Below are positions 45,287 to 55,273 of a stretch of DNA of 64,000 nt, piece by piece. Under the pieces are notes generated by a model. The model worked only from the letters and a program-made list of their open reading frames with translations, was not told where the DNA came from and searched no databases. Position numbers and translations under genes: made by a program. Source of the stretch: an uncultured Pseudomonadota bacterium (lineage in GTDB: Bacteria; UBA10199; JADFYH01); contig CAZKUY010000002.1 of assembly GCA_964556135.1 (NCBI GenBank), forward strand, positions 27,259 through 91,258, given 5' to 3'. Position 1 is the stretch's first letter; each line of letters begins with the position of its first letter.

Positions 45287-46108
45287 CTAACTTGCCATCA
45301 TTTCATTTTGAGTGACCAAACTTAAATTATGTACATTTTTTTTTGATAAATATCTTTGCATCACTTCTTTCGCGAGATCTAAGTACGCCAATGAGCCCTT
45401 GGAGCGAATATCGTACAATAAAATAGGCTTACCATGAGACGGACTCTCACTTAGTTTTACATTCCTTGGAATGACTGCCTTAAAAATTTTCTCAGGAAAA
45501 TAAGTATTAATTTCTTGGACCACCTGGTGCGATAAATTGTTACGCGGATCAAACATCGTCAGCAGAATACCTTCAATATCTAATCTAGGATTCAAATTCT
45601 CTTTAATGAGTTGGATTGTTTTCAACAACTCTCCCAGGCCCTCTAAAGCGTAATATTCACATTGCACTGGGACAATCACAGAGTCAGCGGCCGTCAGAGC
45701 ATTCACTGTCAAAAGACTCAACGAAGGCGGACAATCGATTAAAATAAAATCATATTTATCTAACACAGGCTCCAAAGCCTTACGGAGCCTTTGCTCCCTG
45801 GAGAATTGGCTCACCAACTCTAAATCCACTGCCACCAGATCAGAATTCGCAGGGACAACTTGTAAAAATTCAAGGGCCGTAGGAACAATAACTTCCTCAA
45901 GAGAAGAAACACCTATTAACACATGATAAATACTTTTCTCAAAAGTCTGCTTTAATAGCCCCAGTCCACTGCAAGAATTTCCCTGTGGATCTAAGTCAAT
46001 AAGAAGCGTTGGTCTTTCTGCAGCAGCCAAACAGGCAGCCAGATTAACCGATGTAGTCGTTTTACCGACTCCACCTTTTTGATTTGATATTGTGATGATT
46101 CGTGCCAC
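45287..46108 (-). CDS. parA: Chromosome partitioning ATPase ParA/Soj
   Basis: Deviant Walker A KGGVGKTTT. ParA family. Confidence 0.9.
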   Translation of the reverse strand: MARIITISNQKGGVGKTTTSVNLAACLAAAERPTLLIDLDPQGNSCSGLGLLKQTFEKSIYHVLIGVSSLEEVIVPTALEFLQVVPANSDLVAVDLELVSQFSREQRLRKALEPVLDKYDFILIDCPPSLSLLTVNALTAADSVIVPVQCEYYALEGLGELLKTIQLIKENLNPRLDIEGILLTMFDPRNNLSHQVVQEINTYFPEKIFKAVIPRNVKLSESPSHGKPILLYDIRSKGSLAYLDLAKEVMQRYLSKKNVHNLSLVTQNEMMAS

Positions 46109-46197
46109 CTGACCCCTAAATGTTTGAAGGTGTGCAAGATTGATAAGTTATAAATACAAAAGGTGAGCAAAAATAGCAACCCTATATCTTTTAATTA

Positions 46198-46845
46198 TTA
46201 TTTTTTTCTCAAAATCAAAAGATAATGAACGACTTTGCTCCAAGGAAGAAGATATTTTTGTTTCTCTTCAATTTCAAATTTTGAATTAGAATTTAATTCA
46301 AAGTTTAAAATTTGTTTTTGCGAAAGCATCAATAACAAATGATGATTACTTTTCAAACTCAGATCTGCAAAATTTATTAATAAGTCTGGAGAAATTGTTG
46401 CACGTGAAACAATCGAATCTAGATGAGGAGGAAAAACCTCAGCAACAGATTTCATTTCTACATATTTCGAAATAATAGAAACATTTTTCAAATCTAGGGT
46501 GGAGACTACATACTTCAGGAAGCTAGATTTTTTCAAATCAGCCTCAATGAGAAAAAAAGTTTTTCGTGGATAATATATAGCTAGCACCAAACCAGGAAAG
46601 CCAGCACCGGATCCAAAATCTAAAACTCTATCGCCTCGGATAAAGGAAGACATAGAAAGACTATCCAAAAAATTCTTTTCGATCGAGTTAGCTAAGCTTC
46701 GATGCGCTGTTAAATTGATGGTCTTATTCCATTTCGAGAGACAAGATTGGTAGGAAATCAATTTTTCTAAAATTTCATTTGATAAAGTGAAAGAAAGTGA
46801 ACTCAACCCATCTTCAAATAACTTTTCAATAGAGTCTGAAGACAT
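46198..46845 (-). CDS. rsmG: 16S rRNA (guanine527-N7)-methyltransferase RsmG (GidB)
   Basis: SAM motif LDFGSGAGFPGLVLAI. Position next to mnmG. Confidence 0.85.
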   Translation of the reverse strand: MSSDSIEKLFEDGLSSLSFTLSNEILEKLISYQSCLSKWNKTINLTAHRSLANSIEKNFLDSLSMSSFIRGDRVLDFGSGAGFPGLVLAIYYPRKTFFLIEADLKKSSFLKYVVSTLDLKNVSIISKYVEMKSVAEVFPPHLDSIVSRATISPDLLINFADLSLKSNHHLLLMLSQKQILNFELNSNSKFEIEEKQKYLLPWSKVVHYLLILRKK

Positions 46846-46857
46846 AGAACTCTCTAG

Positions 46858-48765
46858 CTAGATTTGACTTTGGTCAGACCTAGAATCATTCTTCTTTTTC
46901 AGAAAAACCATTAAGATTGAAATAGCCGCAGGAGTAATTCCTGAGATTCTAGAAGCCTGACCTAAATTCAAAGGACGAATCTTTTCGAGCTTCTCGACCA
47001 CCTCTTTAGAAAGGCCTGGCAAGTTTATATAAGAAAACTCCTGCGGGATACGATGTTTATCTAAATTCGAAAAACGATCGATAAAATCATGCTGCTTAGA
47101 GATATAACCTTCATACTTTACTGCGATTTCAACTTGTCGCTTCACTTCTGAACTAATTGCCACAAGCATTTGGGTTTTCTCTGGAAAAAGTAAAAAAAGA
47201 TCATCAAAATTTATTTGAGGTCGCCTTAAAAACTCTTCTAAAGTCGTCGGGCGCTTTAATTCAGCCAGATCTTTTGACTTCAACATCAGATTCACTTCAG
47301 GAGTAGGATAAATTTTATTATCTTTAAGATATTGATGCGTAAAATCGATATTTTTCTTTTTTTCTAAAAATGAGTTCCAATCCTTATCTCCCACAAGCCC
47401 TATAGACCTCCCGATTTCACGAAGTCTTAAGTCTGCATTGTCTTCACGAAGCACCAAGCGATGCTCTGCTCGAGAAGTAAACATCCTATAGGGCTCTTGG
47501 GTCCCCTTAGTTACCAAATCATCGATTAATACTCCAATATAACCCGTGGAACGTCCAATCACCACGGGGTCCAAACCCCTCAGACGCTGGATCGCATTGA
47601 TTCCCGCCATGATTCCCTGCGCAGCAGCCTCTTCATATCCGGATGTACCATTCACCTGACCAGCAAGAAAAAAATTCTTCACTTTCTTTGTTTCTAATGA
47701 GGGATAGAGCTGAGTAGGTGGCAAACAGTCATATTCTACGGCATAACCAGGCCTGACCATCTCAGCATTTTCCAGACCTGGAATAGTCTTCAAAATTTTC
47801 AACTGAATGTCGATGGGTAAACTAGTGGAAAGACCATTCACATAAACTTCATGAGTTTGATGCCCTTCGGGTTCCAGAAAAAGTTGATGACGAGTTTTAT
47901 CTGCAAAACGCATCACTTTATCTTCTATTGAAGGGCAATATCGAGGGCCAATCCCCTTGATGTTACCATTATACATCGGAGAACGATCAATACCTTCCCT
48001 AATGACTTCATGGGTTTTTTCATTTGTGTATGTTATAAAACAACTCAGTTGCTCTAATTCAACTTTAGTATCTGAAAATGAAAAACGTGAGGGAGGATTG
48101 TCACCAGGCTGAGCTTCAGTAACACTAAAATCAATTGTCCTTGCATCTAAACGGGGCGGCGTGCCTGTTTTCATTCGAACCAAGTCAAAACCCAAGGCTT
48201 TCAATTTTTCAGATAAACCTAAACTAGGAGCATCTCCAGCACGACCACCTTTTTGCTTTGTGTCCCCGTAGTGCATGAGGCCATTCATAAAAGTGCCAGC
48301 AGTCAGAATAACAATCTCACTTTCAAAAAATATCCCAAAACTACTCACAACACCTTTAATCTGACTCTCTTCAACAATTAAGTCCTCAACAAAACCTTGT
48401 TTTATATGAAGATGGGGAGTAGTTTCCAGAACTCGACGCATTTGAATTTTATACTGCAATTTATCGCACTGAACTCGACTCGCTTGAACCGCAGGTCCTT
48501 TTTTAGTATTCAAAACACGAAACTGAATACCTGTCGCATCCGTAATTTTACCCATCTCTCCACCCAGAGCATCAATTTCTTTCACCAAATGCCCCTTACC
48601 CAGACCTCCAATTGCAGGATTACAACTCATTTGAGCGATATTATCTACATTGGATGTCAAAAGAAGGGTTTCGTAACCAGCACGCGCGCTTGCCAATGCC
48701 GCCTCACAGCCCGCATGACCTCCGCCAATAACAATTACTTTAAATTTTTTCTCTGAATGAATCAT
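46858..48765 (-). CDS. mnmG: tRNA uridine-5-carboxymethylaminomethyl modification enzyme MnmG (GidA)
   Basis: FAD-binding [10 protein letters not shown] at the N-terminus. 635 aa. Confidence 0.95.
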   Translation of the reverse strand: MIHSEKKFKVIVIGGGHAGCEAALASARAGYETLLLTSNVDNIAQMSCNPAIGGLGKGHLVKEIDALGGEMGKITDATGIQFRVLNTKKGPAVQASRVQCDKLQYKIQMRRVLETTPHLHIKQGFVEDLIVEESQIKGVVSSFGIFFESEIVILTAGTFMNGLMHYGDTKQKGGRAGDAPSLGLSEKLKALGFDLVRMKTGTPPRLDARTIDFSVTEAQPGDNPPSRFSFSDTKVELEQLSCFITYTNEKTHEVIREGIDRSPMYNGNIKGIGPRYCPSIEDKVMRFADKTRHQLFLEPEGHQTHEVYVNGLSTSLPIDIQLKILKTIPGLENAEMVRPGYAVEYDCLPPTQLYPSLETKKVKNFFLAGQVNGTSGYEEAAAQGIMAGINAIQRLRGLDPVVIGRSTGYIGVLIDDLVTKGTQEPYRMFTSRAEHRLVLREDNADLRLREIGRSIGLVGDKDWNSFLEKKKNIDFTHQYLKDNKIYPTPEVNLMLKSKDLAELKRPTTLEEFLRRPQINFDDLFLLFPEKTQMLVAISSEVKRQVEIAVKYEGYISKQHDFIDRFSNLDKHRIPQEFSYINLPGLSKEVVEKLEKIRPLNLGQASRISGITPAAISILMVFLKKKNDSRSDQSQI

Positions 48766-48768
48766 ATT

Positions 48769-48784
48769 TGTTTCACGTGAAACA
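48769..48784. promoter_or_regulatory. parS centromere-like site (perfect consensus TGTTTCACGTGAAACA)
   Basis: An exact 16-bp palindrome identical to the canonical ParB-binding parS consensus, 4 nt upstream of the mnmG start and ~3.5 kb from parAB. Confidence 0.8.
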
Positions 48785-49175
48785 TTAATTACGTATAATT
48801 ATATGTAATTAATTAAAATTACGCATAATAACACATCCTTCATATCCCTAATACTTGTCTTATCGTCAACATTAAAAAACAAGTGCTAATGCCAGCAAAC
48901 CAAAATTCGACGATCGAAGAATTCCAAAGCACGAAAAGAAAATAGGCCTACTCGGTCAAAAAACTTATGGCAACTCAGAATAAGTCCTTTAAAAAAATTT
49001 GTGGTTCGTAATCTCATATCGCTTCATTCAATTTCATTTCTAGCACCCTCTATGGAGAGTCCGAAAATAAAAAAAGTGGAAAAATTTATTTTTGAAAATC
49101 ATCCACCCATCAAATTGACGCATAAAATTGCGTCATCTTTAAATTTTGACGCAAGCGCAAACATAGAATACAAAG

Positions 49176-50558
49176 CTATTTGCCAATGCAAAAGCGGTTA
49201 AAAATGTCTTCTAATATATGTTCCGTTGTGACTTCACCGATCACTTCTCCCACAAACTGCGCAGCTCTCATCACATCACCAGCAACCCATTCGGGAGAAG
49301 ATTTTTCATCGAGAGATTGTATCGCTTGAGTTAAAGAAAAGAGACTTTGCTCTAAGGCCTGCTTATGGCGAAGTTGGTTTAAAAGAACATGATTTCCCTT
49401 TTCTAAGTCAGCTAAGCCAAATATTGAAGGAATTTTACTTTCGAGCTCTCTTAAACCCATTGATGTCTTTGCTGAAATCTTTAAGTATTCTGTACATTTA
49501 GTTTCCTTTAGCAAATCTTCTATGGGCCACGATGAAGGCAAATCAGATTTTGTAATGAGCAATAATTTTTTTTTGTCTGAAATTAATGAAATTAGATCAA
49601 AGTCATCCAAAGTCAGAGGGGATGAAGAATCAAAAAGTGCTAAAACTAAATCGGACTTCTCCAACCAAGCTTTAGATCGATGAATCCCTTCTTTTTCCAC
49701 GACTTCATTTGCTTCACGAATGCCTGCTGTATCAACCAATCTTAGAGCAAGACCCCCTAAATTAATTCTTTTTTCTATAACATCGCGGGTTGTACCAGGC
49801 GCATCATGGACAATTGCCGCCTCTTCTTTTACCAGACAATTAAGTAGACTGCTTTTCCCGACATTAGGTTTACCAATTAATGTAACAATTAGACCTTCTC
49901 TTAAAATTCGCCCTAGCTCATAATCTTTAATCCACTCTTGGAGTTGAGCTTGAGCTCCCGCTAGAATTTCTCGAATTTTCGCTGATTCCAGAATTTCGAT
50001 GTCCTCCTCTGGAAAATCTATGGCCGCTTCCAAAAAAACTAAGGACTCGAGTAAGCTTCCCCTCAACTTGGAAACTGGCTTGGAAAGTGAGCCAGCCCAT
50101 TGATCTTGGGCCAACTTTAAGGCTTGATCCGATTGAGCTGCAATCATGTCAGCAATGGCTTCGGCCTGAGTAAGATCCATCTTTCCATTCAGAAAAGCTC
50201 TTTGACTAAATTCTCCCGGCAAAGCAGCGCGTGCCCCATAATGATAAAGAGCATTCAAAACTTTCCAGGCAATGAGTTTTCCACCATGGATTTGAAACTC
50301 GACCACCTCTTCGCCTGTGAATGAGTGAGGTGCTTTCATCCAAACAGCCAAGCCGTAATCCAAAAATTCTCCATCAAGAGAAGAAAGCTTCCCATAATAA
50401 AGATGATGGGATTGCCACTCATTAAAAGATAAAGAGCTTTTGAAAATTTTTTCTAAAATTTTAGGACTTGCAGAACCACTTAAACGAATAACAGCCACTC
50501 CACCTTCTCCGGGAGGAGAAGCTAAAGCGGCTATCGTTGATGAATCTTCAAATTGCAT
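49176..50558 (-). CDS. mnmE: tRNA modification GTPase MnmE (TrmE)
   Basis: G-domain motifs GKPNVGKSS and DTAG, and the C-terminal CIGK. Confidence 0.95.
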   Translation of the reverse strand: MQFEDSSTIAALASPPGEGGVAVIRLSGSASPKILEKIFKSSLSFNEWQSHHLYYGKLSSLDGEFLDYGLAVWMKAPHSFTGEEVVEFQIHGGKLIAWKVLNALYHYGARAALPGEFSQRAFLNGKMDLTQAEAIADMIAAQSDQALKLAQDQWAGSLSKPVSKLRGSLLESLVFLEAAIDFPEEDIEILESAKIREILAGAQAQLQEWIKDYELGRILREGLIVTLIGKPNVGKSSLLNCLVKEEAAIVHDAPGTTRDVIEKRINLGGLALRLVDTAGIREANEVVEKEGIHRSKAWLEKSDLVLALFDSSSPLTLDDFDLISLISDKKKLLLITKSDLPSSWPIEDLLKETKCTEYLKISAKTSMGLRELESKIPSIFGLADLEKGNHVLLNQLRHKQALEQSLFSLTQAIQSLDEKSSPEWVAGDVMRAAQFVGEVIGEVTTEHILEDIFNRFCIGK

Positions 50559-50572
50559 ACTAAAGAGAAAGC

Positions 50573-52219
50573 TTAAGCTTTTTTGGTCATTCTTCCCCAG
50601 ATGTCTTTCAGACTCATGTCATGCTGATTCATATACTGCTGAATCACCGTCATCAGGGTATTCACAAAAATATAAATGACCAAACCTGAAGGCAAGAAAA
50701 GCATGAAAACTGAAAAAATCACAGGCATGAGAAGCATGGCATTCGCCTGAGCCGGATCTTGAGAAGGATTTGGTGTCATCTTTTGTTGCAAAACCATGAA
50801 AATCCCCAATAGGACGGGCGAAATAAAATAAGGATCGGGAGCCGATAAATCCCTGTAAAAACCAAAGAAGGGTGCGTGATAAAGCTCGATAGCATTATAT
50901 AAAACTTTGTAGAGAGCAATATAGACTGGCATTTGCAGAACTAAGGGTAAGCATCCGCCCATCGGATTCACTTTATGCACCTTGAAGAGACTCATCATTT
51001 CCATGTTGAGACGTTCACGGTCGTTTTTATATTTCTCTCTGAGCTCGGCAAGCTTAGGCTGAAGCTTTTGCATCGCCTTCATTGAATCCAGAGATTTCTT
51101 ATTGATGGGATGGAGGAGCAATTTAATGAAGACTGTGAGAAGAATGATTGCGACACCCCAATTTCCCACCCACGAATGGAAAAACTTCAACAAAAACAAG
51201 ATAGGATGCGCCACAAAACTAAACCAACCATAGTCCACTGCAGCCTCAAGATGAACACCCACCCCTTTGAGACGGTCAATTTCTTTAGGCCCGATATATA
51301 CAGTAAAGTTTTTTTCTAATTTTCCCAGCGGAGCAATGCCTTCTTTAGGATAAAGAAGCTCAGAAAAAAGAATGTGGCCATCCCGAATCCCATATTTCAC
51401 CTTACTTTCTGAGGAAATCGCACGAGAAACCAAGGCCCAAATAAAGTAACGATCTTCAATTCCAACCCACTCAAAAGCCCCTTTTTCTTCAGAAAGAGCC
51501 GTTAATTTTTTAAGATCGGAATGGGCCGTCAAACCTTTATCATTATATGTGATTGGATATTTTAAGTTTTGAGGTCCTCTTAAGAAAGAGAAAGTTTCTT
51601 TCTTTTCAGGATGCTGATTAGTTTCTAATCTCAAACCGACAGATCCTTCCAAAGAATTTTGAGACTTATTCTCTAAAGTAACCTGCACGTTCGCTAAATA
51701 GTTCTGAGCATCCCAAACAATCTTTTCTTTTAATCGAAGATTGTCTTGCTCGTAGAGAAACTCTACAGAATCTTCTGTTTTAGAAACTATTTCATAGGGA
51801 ATAAATTCTGGTAGACTAAAATTTGCATTTTCAAATCGAAGTAGGAAATTGTTTTCGGGTCTTCCTTCAAACATGTTCACTAGAGGAGAATTTGCATCGA
51901 CCGTCTGTCGATAGCCTTTAATAAAAAAGGAGAGAATTTTAGCGCCCCAACTACTTTGTTCTAATGTGTAAAGATTGTTTGAAAAAGGGACTATCTCTTC
52001 AGGTCGATCCGGCTTCGCAGCAACAGCAGAAGTCACGGATTTTACAACACCCAAACTTTCAGCGCCTTGAGGCATAGCAGAAGGCTTAGACTCACTACTT
52101 GCAGAGCTTTCAGTTGAGGGAATATTTTTTTGTGGAGCAGGGGGCTCCATGAAAAAAGTGTAATAAAGAATAAAAACAAGAGCAGAGAGTACAATCGCTA
52201 AAAGTGAACGCTTTTCCAT
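50573..52219 (-). CDS. yidC: Membrane protein insertase YidC
   Basis: N-terminal TM, large periplasmic domain and the C-terminal 5-TM insertase core. The internal start MEKRSLLAIVLSALVF was preferred. Confidence 0.9.
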   Translation of the reverse strand: MEKRSLLAIVLSALVFILYYTFFMEPPAPQKNIPSTESSASSESKPSAMPQGAESLGVVKSVTSAVAAKPDRPEEIVPFSNNLYTLEQSSWGAKILSFFIKGYRQTVDANSPLVNMFEGRPENNFLLRFENANFSLPEFIPYEIVSKTEDSVEFLYEQDNLRLKEKIVWDAQNYLANVQVTLENKSQNSLEGSVGLRLETNQHPEKKETFSFLRGPQNLKYPITYNDKGLTAHSDLKKLTALSEEKGAFEWVGIEDRYFIWALVSRAISSESKVKYGIRDGHILFSELLYPKEGIAPLGKLEKNFTVYIGPKEIDRLKGVGVHLEAAVDYGWFSFVAHPILFLLKFFHSWVGNWGVAIILLTVFIKLLLHPINKKSLDSMKAMQKLQPKLAELREKYKNDRERLNMEMMSLFKVHKVNPMGGCLPLVLQMPVYIALYKVLYNAIELYHAPFFGFYRDLSAPDPYFISPVLLGIFMVLQQKMTPNPSQDPAQANAMLLMPVIFSVFMLFLPSGLVIYIFVNTLMTVIQQYMNQHDMSLKDIWGRMTKKA

Positions 52220-52288
52220 GGTTTCCAAATCGTTTCTAACCACTCAGTTCGCGGCACCCTTCGAGAGCCACCAACTTCGGTCATAAAA

Positions 52289-52501
52289 TTATTGCAGAGG
52301 ATCATATCCTCCAGCGTGAAAAGGATGACACTTCATTAAGCGTCTTAAAGAACAAAGCAAGCCTTTCAAAAATCCCTTTTTTTCAAAAGCCTGCTTTGCA
52401 TATTCAGAACAAGTGGGATGAAATCGGCAAGACTTCGGTTTTAAAGGGGAAATCCTTCGCTGATACACACTGATTAATGAAATCGAAAGACCTGTTAACA
52501 A
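52289..52501 (-). CDS. yidD: Membrane protein insertion efficiency factor YidD
   Basis: 70 aa with the conserved CxxxPTCSEYA motif ([11 protein letters not shown]). Confidence 0.85.
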   Translation of the reverse strand: MLTGLSISLISVYQRRISPLKPKSCRFHPTCSEYAKQAFEKKGFLKGLLCSLRRLMKCHPFHAGGYDPLQ

Positions 52502-52875
52502 ACTGTGAATTTCCTTTGGATAACTCTATCAAAAAACACATCAAACTGTTGATATATGTAATCTTTATTGGAATTCAGGAAATTTTCTTTAACCATCCAC
52601 ACTCCATCAACAGAGTGTGAATACAGCAATTTTTGATTTCTCACACATTCTTTTAAAATCCGGCGCATTCTATTTCTCTGAACCGCTTTTCCTAACCTTT
52701 TAGGAACAGCAAATCCAAAACGGCTCGTCAACGAAGTGTTGGGTAATAAAAAAAATGTCAGGTATCGACTTGTTATTTTTTTTCCAGTGCTGATTATTTT
52801 TTTAAATTCATCCGATTGAATTCTTCTATTTTTTTTCGGATTATTTGGATGCGGATTTTGAGTTTTAATTCCCAA
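52495..52875 (-). CDS. rnpA: RNase P protein component
   Basis: RnpA motif [27 protein letters not shown] start with GGAAG upstream. It lies 17 nt after rpmH. Confidence 0.8.
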   Translation of the reverse strand: MGIKTQNPHPNNPKKNRRIQSDEFKKIISTGKKITSRYLTFFLLPNTSLTSRFGFAVPKRLGKAVQRNRMRRILKECVRNQKLLYSHSVDGVWMVKENFLNSNKDYIYQQFDVFFDRVIQRKFTVC

Positions 52876-52892
52876 TTTTTCTTCCGTCTTTT

Positions 52893-53042
52893 TTATTTCT
52901 TATAAGTTTTGACGGTTAAGCGCTTTCTACCTTTTGCGCGCCTTGACTTCAAAACCTTTTGTCCCGCTGTAGTGGAAGCGCGCTTGCGATAACCATGCTT
53001 CCGCTTGGCCTTGATTTTACTGGGTTGGAAGGTTCTTTTCAT
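52893..53042 (-). CDS. rpmH: 50S ribosomal protein L34
   Basis: A 49-aa ORF not in the supplied track, translated manually as [49 protein letters not shown]. This matches the universal L34 sequence pattern. Confidence 0.9.
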   Translation of the reverse strand: MKRTFQPSKIKAKRKHGYRKRASTTAGQKVLKSRRAKGRKRLTVKTYKK

Positions 53043-53599
53043 TTTCTTCTCCGTTACTCTTTACTTTTCGCTCCATGAATGGAAAAATGAGCGAGATTAA
53101 AATCATCTTCAATGTTCTTTGTCAAAGCGAAAGATCGAAAAGGTATTTAGAAAATTTTTCTTCGGGATTTTTTTGAAATTTGTCTTGCAAAAAAAACCAA
53201 GATTGATACAAATCATATCTTGTTGCCGAAAATTTTCCCCACGATTCGATCTTTAAATTTCGTAAATATCTACGCGCTTAAAATTACAGCGCGCAGGTAT
53301 CTAACATTTTATGGATAGGGTCAAGCTATTAAGAAAAATGAATGCGCATGCAGCGGCAATCAAAAAGCATAAATTTCACGCGAAGGCAGATTAATTTTCA
53401 TCTTCGATTCTACTGAGGCTTCGAAGAAAAGGAATAAGGGTCTCAAAAAGACTGTTTTTTTTCCTCTAAAGAATTCATAACAACCTGATTTATATACGTT
53501 TTATTAATGAGTCCACAGCTGTGAATAAGCTGTGGTTTATAGCTTTCTTTTGGTTTTTTGAATAAAAGCAGAAAAAGCCCATGTATTTGGGGGTTTGCA

Positions 53600-54943
53600 G
53601 TGAGTGACACCGTTCAGCAGGTCGTTGAGTCTTTAAAAACAAAGATAAGCGAACTCAATTTTAATAATTGGATTCGTCCTGCCACATTTACAACACCTAG
53701 CTTAGGTCAATTAAAAGTCGAAGTTCCCAATAAGTTCATTCGCGACTGGATCAGCGAGAACTATCTCGATTTAATTAAATACGAGCTTTTTAAAGTAACA
53801 GGTACAGAGCATGAAGTTAGTTTTGACTTAATGCCAGAAGACAATCATGCAATGGCGCCAGAACCTGAAGTCGTCATTCCTGTCGCGCCTGTAAAAAATG
53901 CCCCTGAAAATAATAAAAGTTCAGAACTCTTTAGCTCGAAATATACCTTCGGCACTTTTGTTGTGGGAACTTCAAACCAATTTGCTCATGCAGCCTCGAT
54001 GGCTGTAGCTGAAACCCCTGCTAAAACTTATAATCCGCTCTTTTTGTACGGGGGAGTAGGGCTCGGTAAAACTCATCTGTTGAGCGCCATTGGCCACACT
54101 ATTTCTAAAAGAAATAGAAATACTCGTCTTATCTACATTTCCGGTGAAAGTTTTACGAATGAGCTAATCAATTCGATTCGTTATGAAAAAATGTTTGAAT
54201 TTAGAAAAAAGTATCGAGACTCCTGCGATATTTTACTCGTAGACGATGTTCAATTTATTGCGGGAAAAGAAAGAACTCAGGAAGAGTTTTTCCATACCTT
54301 CAATTTTCTTTATGAATCTCGTAAACAAATCGTTCTCACGAGTGATCGTTTTCCTAAAGATATCCCTCAGTTAGAAGAAAGATTACGCTCTCGATTTGAA
54401 TGGGGATTAATTGCAGATATTCAAGCTCCTGATACGGAAACTCGAGTGGCCATCTTAAAAAAGAAGGCTGAACAAGATCAAATATTGCTTCCTGATGATG
54501 TCGCTATGTTTTTAGCAACGAATATTCGCTCGAATGTTCGAGAATTAGAAGGTTCGTTAATTAGAGTCAGCGCATTTGCTTCGCTCGTGGGTTCTGAAAT
54601 TACCATTGAACTTGCCAAAGAAGTTCTGAAAAACCTCATACCCGATTCCACTCGCCATTTAACAGTTGAAGCGATTCAAAAATTGGTCGCGGACCACTAC
54701 AATATTAAGCTTACGGAATTAAAATCCTCTCGAAGGCTTAAAACTCTGACCGGACCTCGACAAATCGCCATGTATTTATGTCGTAAACATGTAAAGTCCT
54801 CATTCCCAGAGTTAGGAATGAAATTTGGCGGTAAAGATCATTCGACAGTTGTTCATGCCGTACAAAAGATCGAAAAAAAGATTCAAGAAGATCCTTCGTT
54901 TCGTAAAGAAATTGATTCTATCGAAAAACTTCTCTTAATTTAA
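53600..54943 (+). CDS. dnaA: Chromosomal replication initiator DnaA
   Basis: AAA+ Walker A GGVGLGKTHL, the DnaA signature and a C-terminal DNA-binding domain. The probable start is GTG 53600 with GGGGG 6 nt upstream; the ORF-track start at 53558 is a TTG. Confidence 0.9.
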   Translation: MSDTVQQVVESLKTKISELNFNNWIRPATFTTPSLGQLKVEVPNKFIRDWISENYLDLIKYELFKVTGTEHEVSFDLMPEDNHAMAPEPEVVIPVAPVKNAPENNKSSELFSSKYTFGTFVVGTSNQFAHAASMAVAETPAKTYNPLFLYGGVGLGKTHLLSAIGHTISKRNRNTRLIYISGESFTNELINSIRYEKMFEFRKKYRDSCDILLVDDVQFIAGKERTQEEFFHTFNFLYESRKQIVLTSDRFPKDIPQLEERLRSRFEWGLIADIQAPDTETRVAILKKKAEQDQILLPDDVAMFLATNIRSNVRELEGSLIRVSAFASLVGSEITIELAKEVLKNLIPDSTRHLTVEAIQKLVADHYNIKLTELKSSRRLKTLTGPRQIAMYLCRKHVKSSFPELGMKFGGKDHSTVVHAVQKIEKKIQEDPSFRKEIDSIEKLLLI

Positions 54944-55273
54944 GTTCCTAAATTTTCCGTTTCTTGGATGATGAACTTATTAAAAAAGGGACTTAACTTG
55001 ATTTGATATTTGTAATTTTGTAGTCATTAAAAGAATGAGAAAGGCTGTGGATAGAACACGGAAGAAACTTGTGGATGAAACTTGGATAAAAAACTATCCC
55101 AAATTTTAGTTTAGTTTGCGCAAAATCTAACACAGGTTTTTGAGGAATAAGAAAACGATCAATTATCAAGTCTTAACAGACTTAAGCACTTATTCACAGA
55201 CACTATTATTACCTACTATATATATTTATATTCTAATTAAGATATAAGAACGTGTGTAAAACTTGGAGATGTT
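54944..55273. other. Candidate oriC: DnaA-box cluster plus an AT-rich unwinding element in the dnaA-dnaN intergenic region
   Basis: DnaA-box-like 9-mers TGTGGATAg (55046..55054), TGTGGATgA (55070..55078), TtGGATAAA (55082..55090) and TTATtCACA (55190..55198). These are followed by a ~60-bp run of >80% A+T (55201..55260) just upstream of dnaN. Confidence 0.6.

Noticed and set aside
49001-49201. 66-aa ORF in the mnmE-mnmG spacer
   Set aside because: There is no Shine-Dalgarno sequence, the sequence is AT-rich and low-complexity, and it runs into the mnmE coding region.
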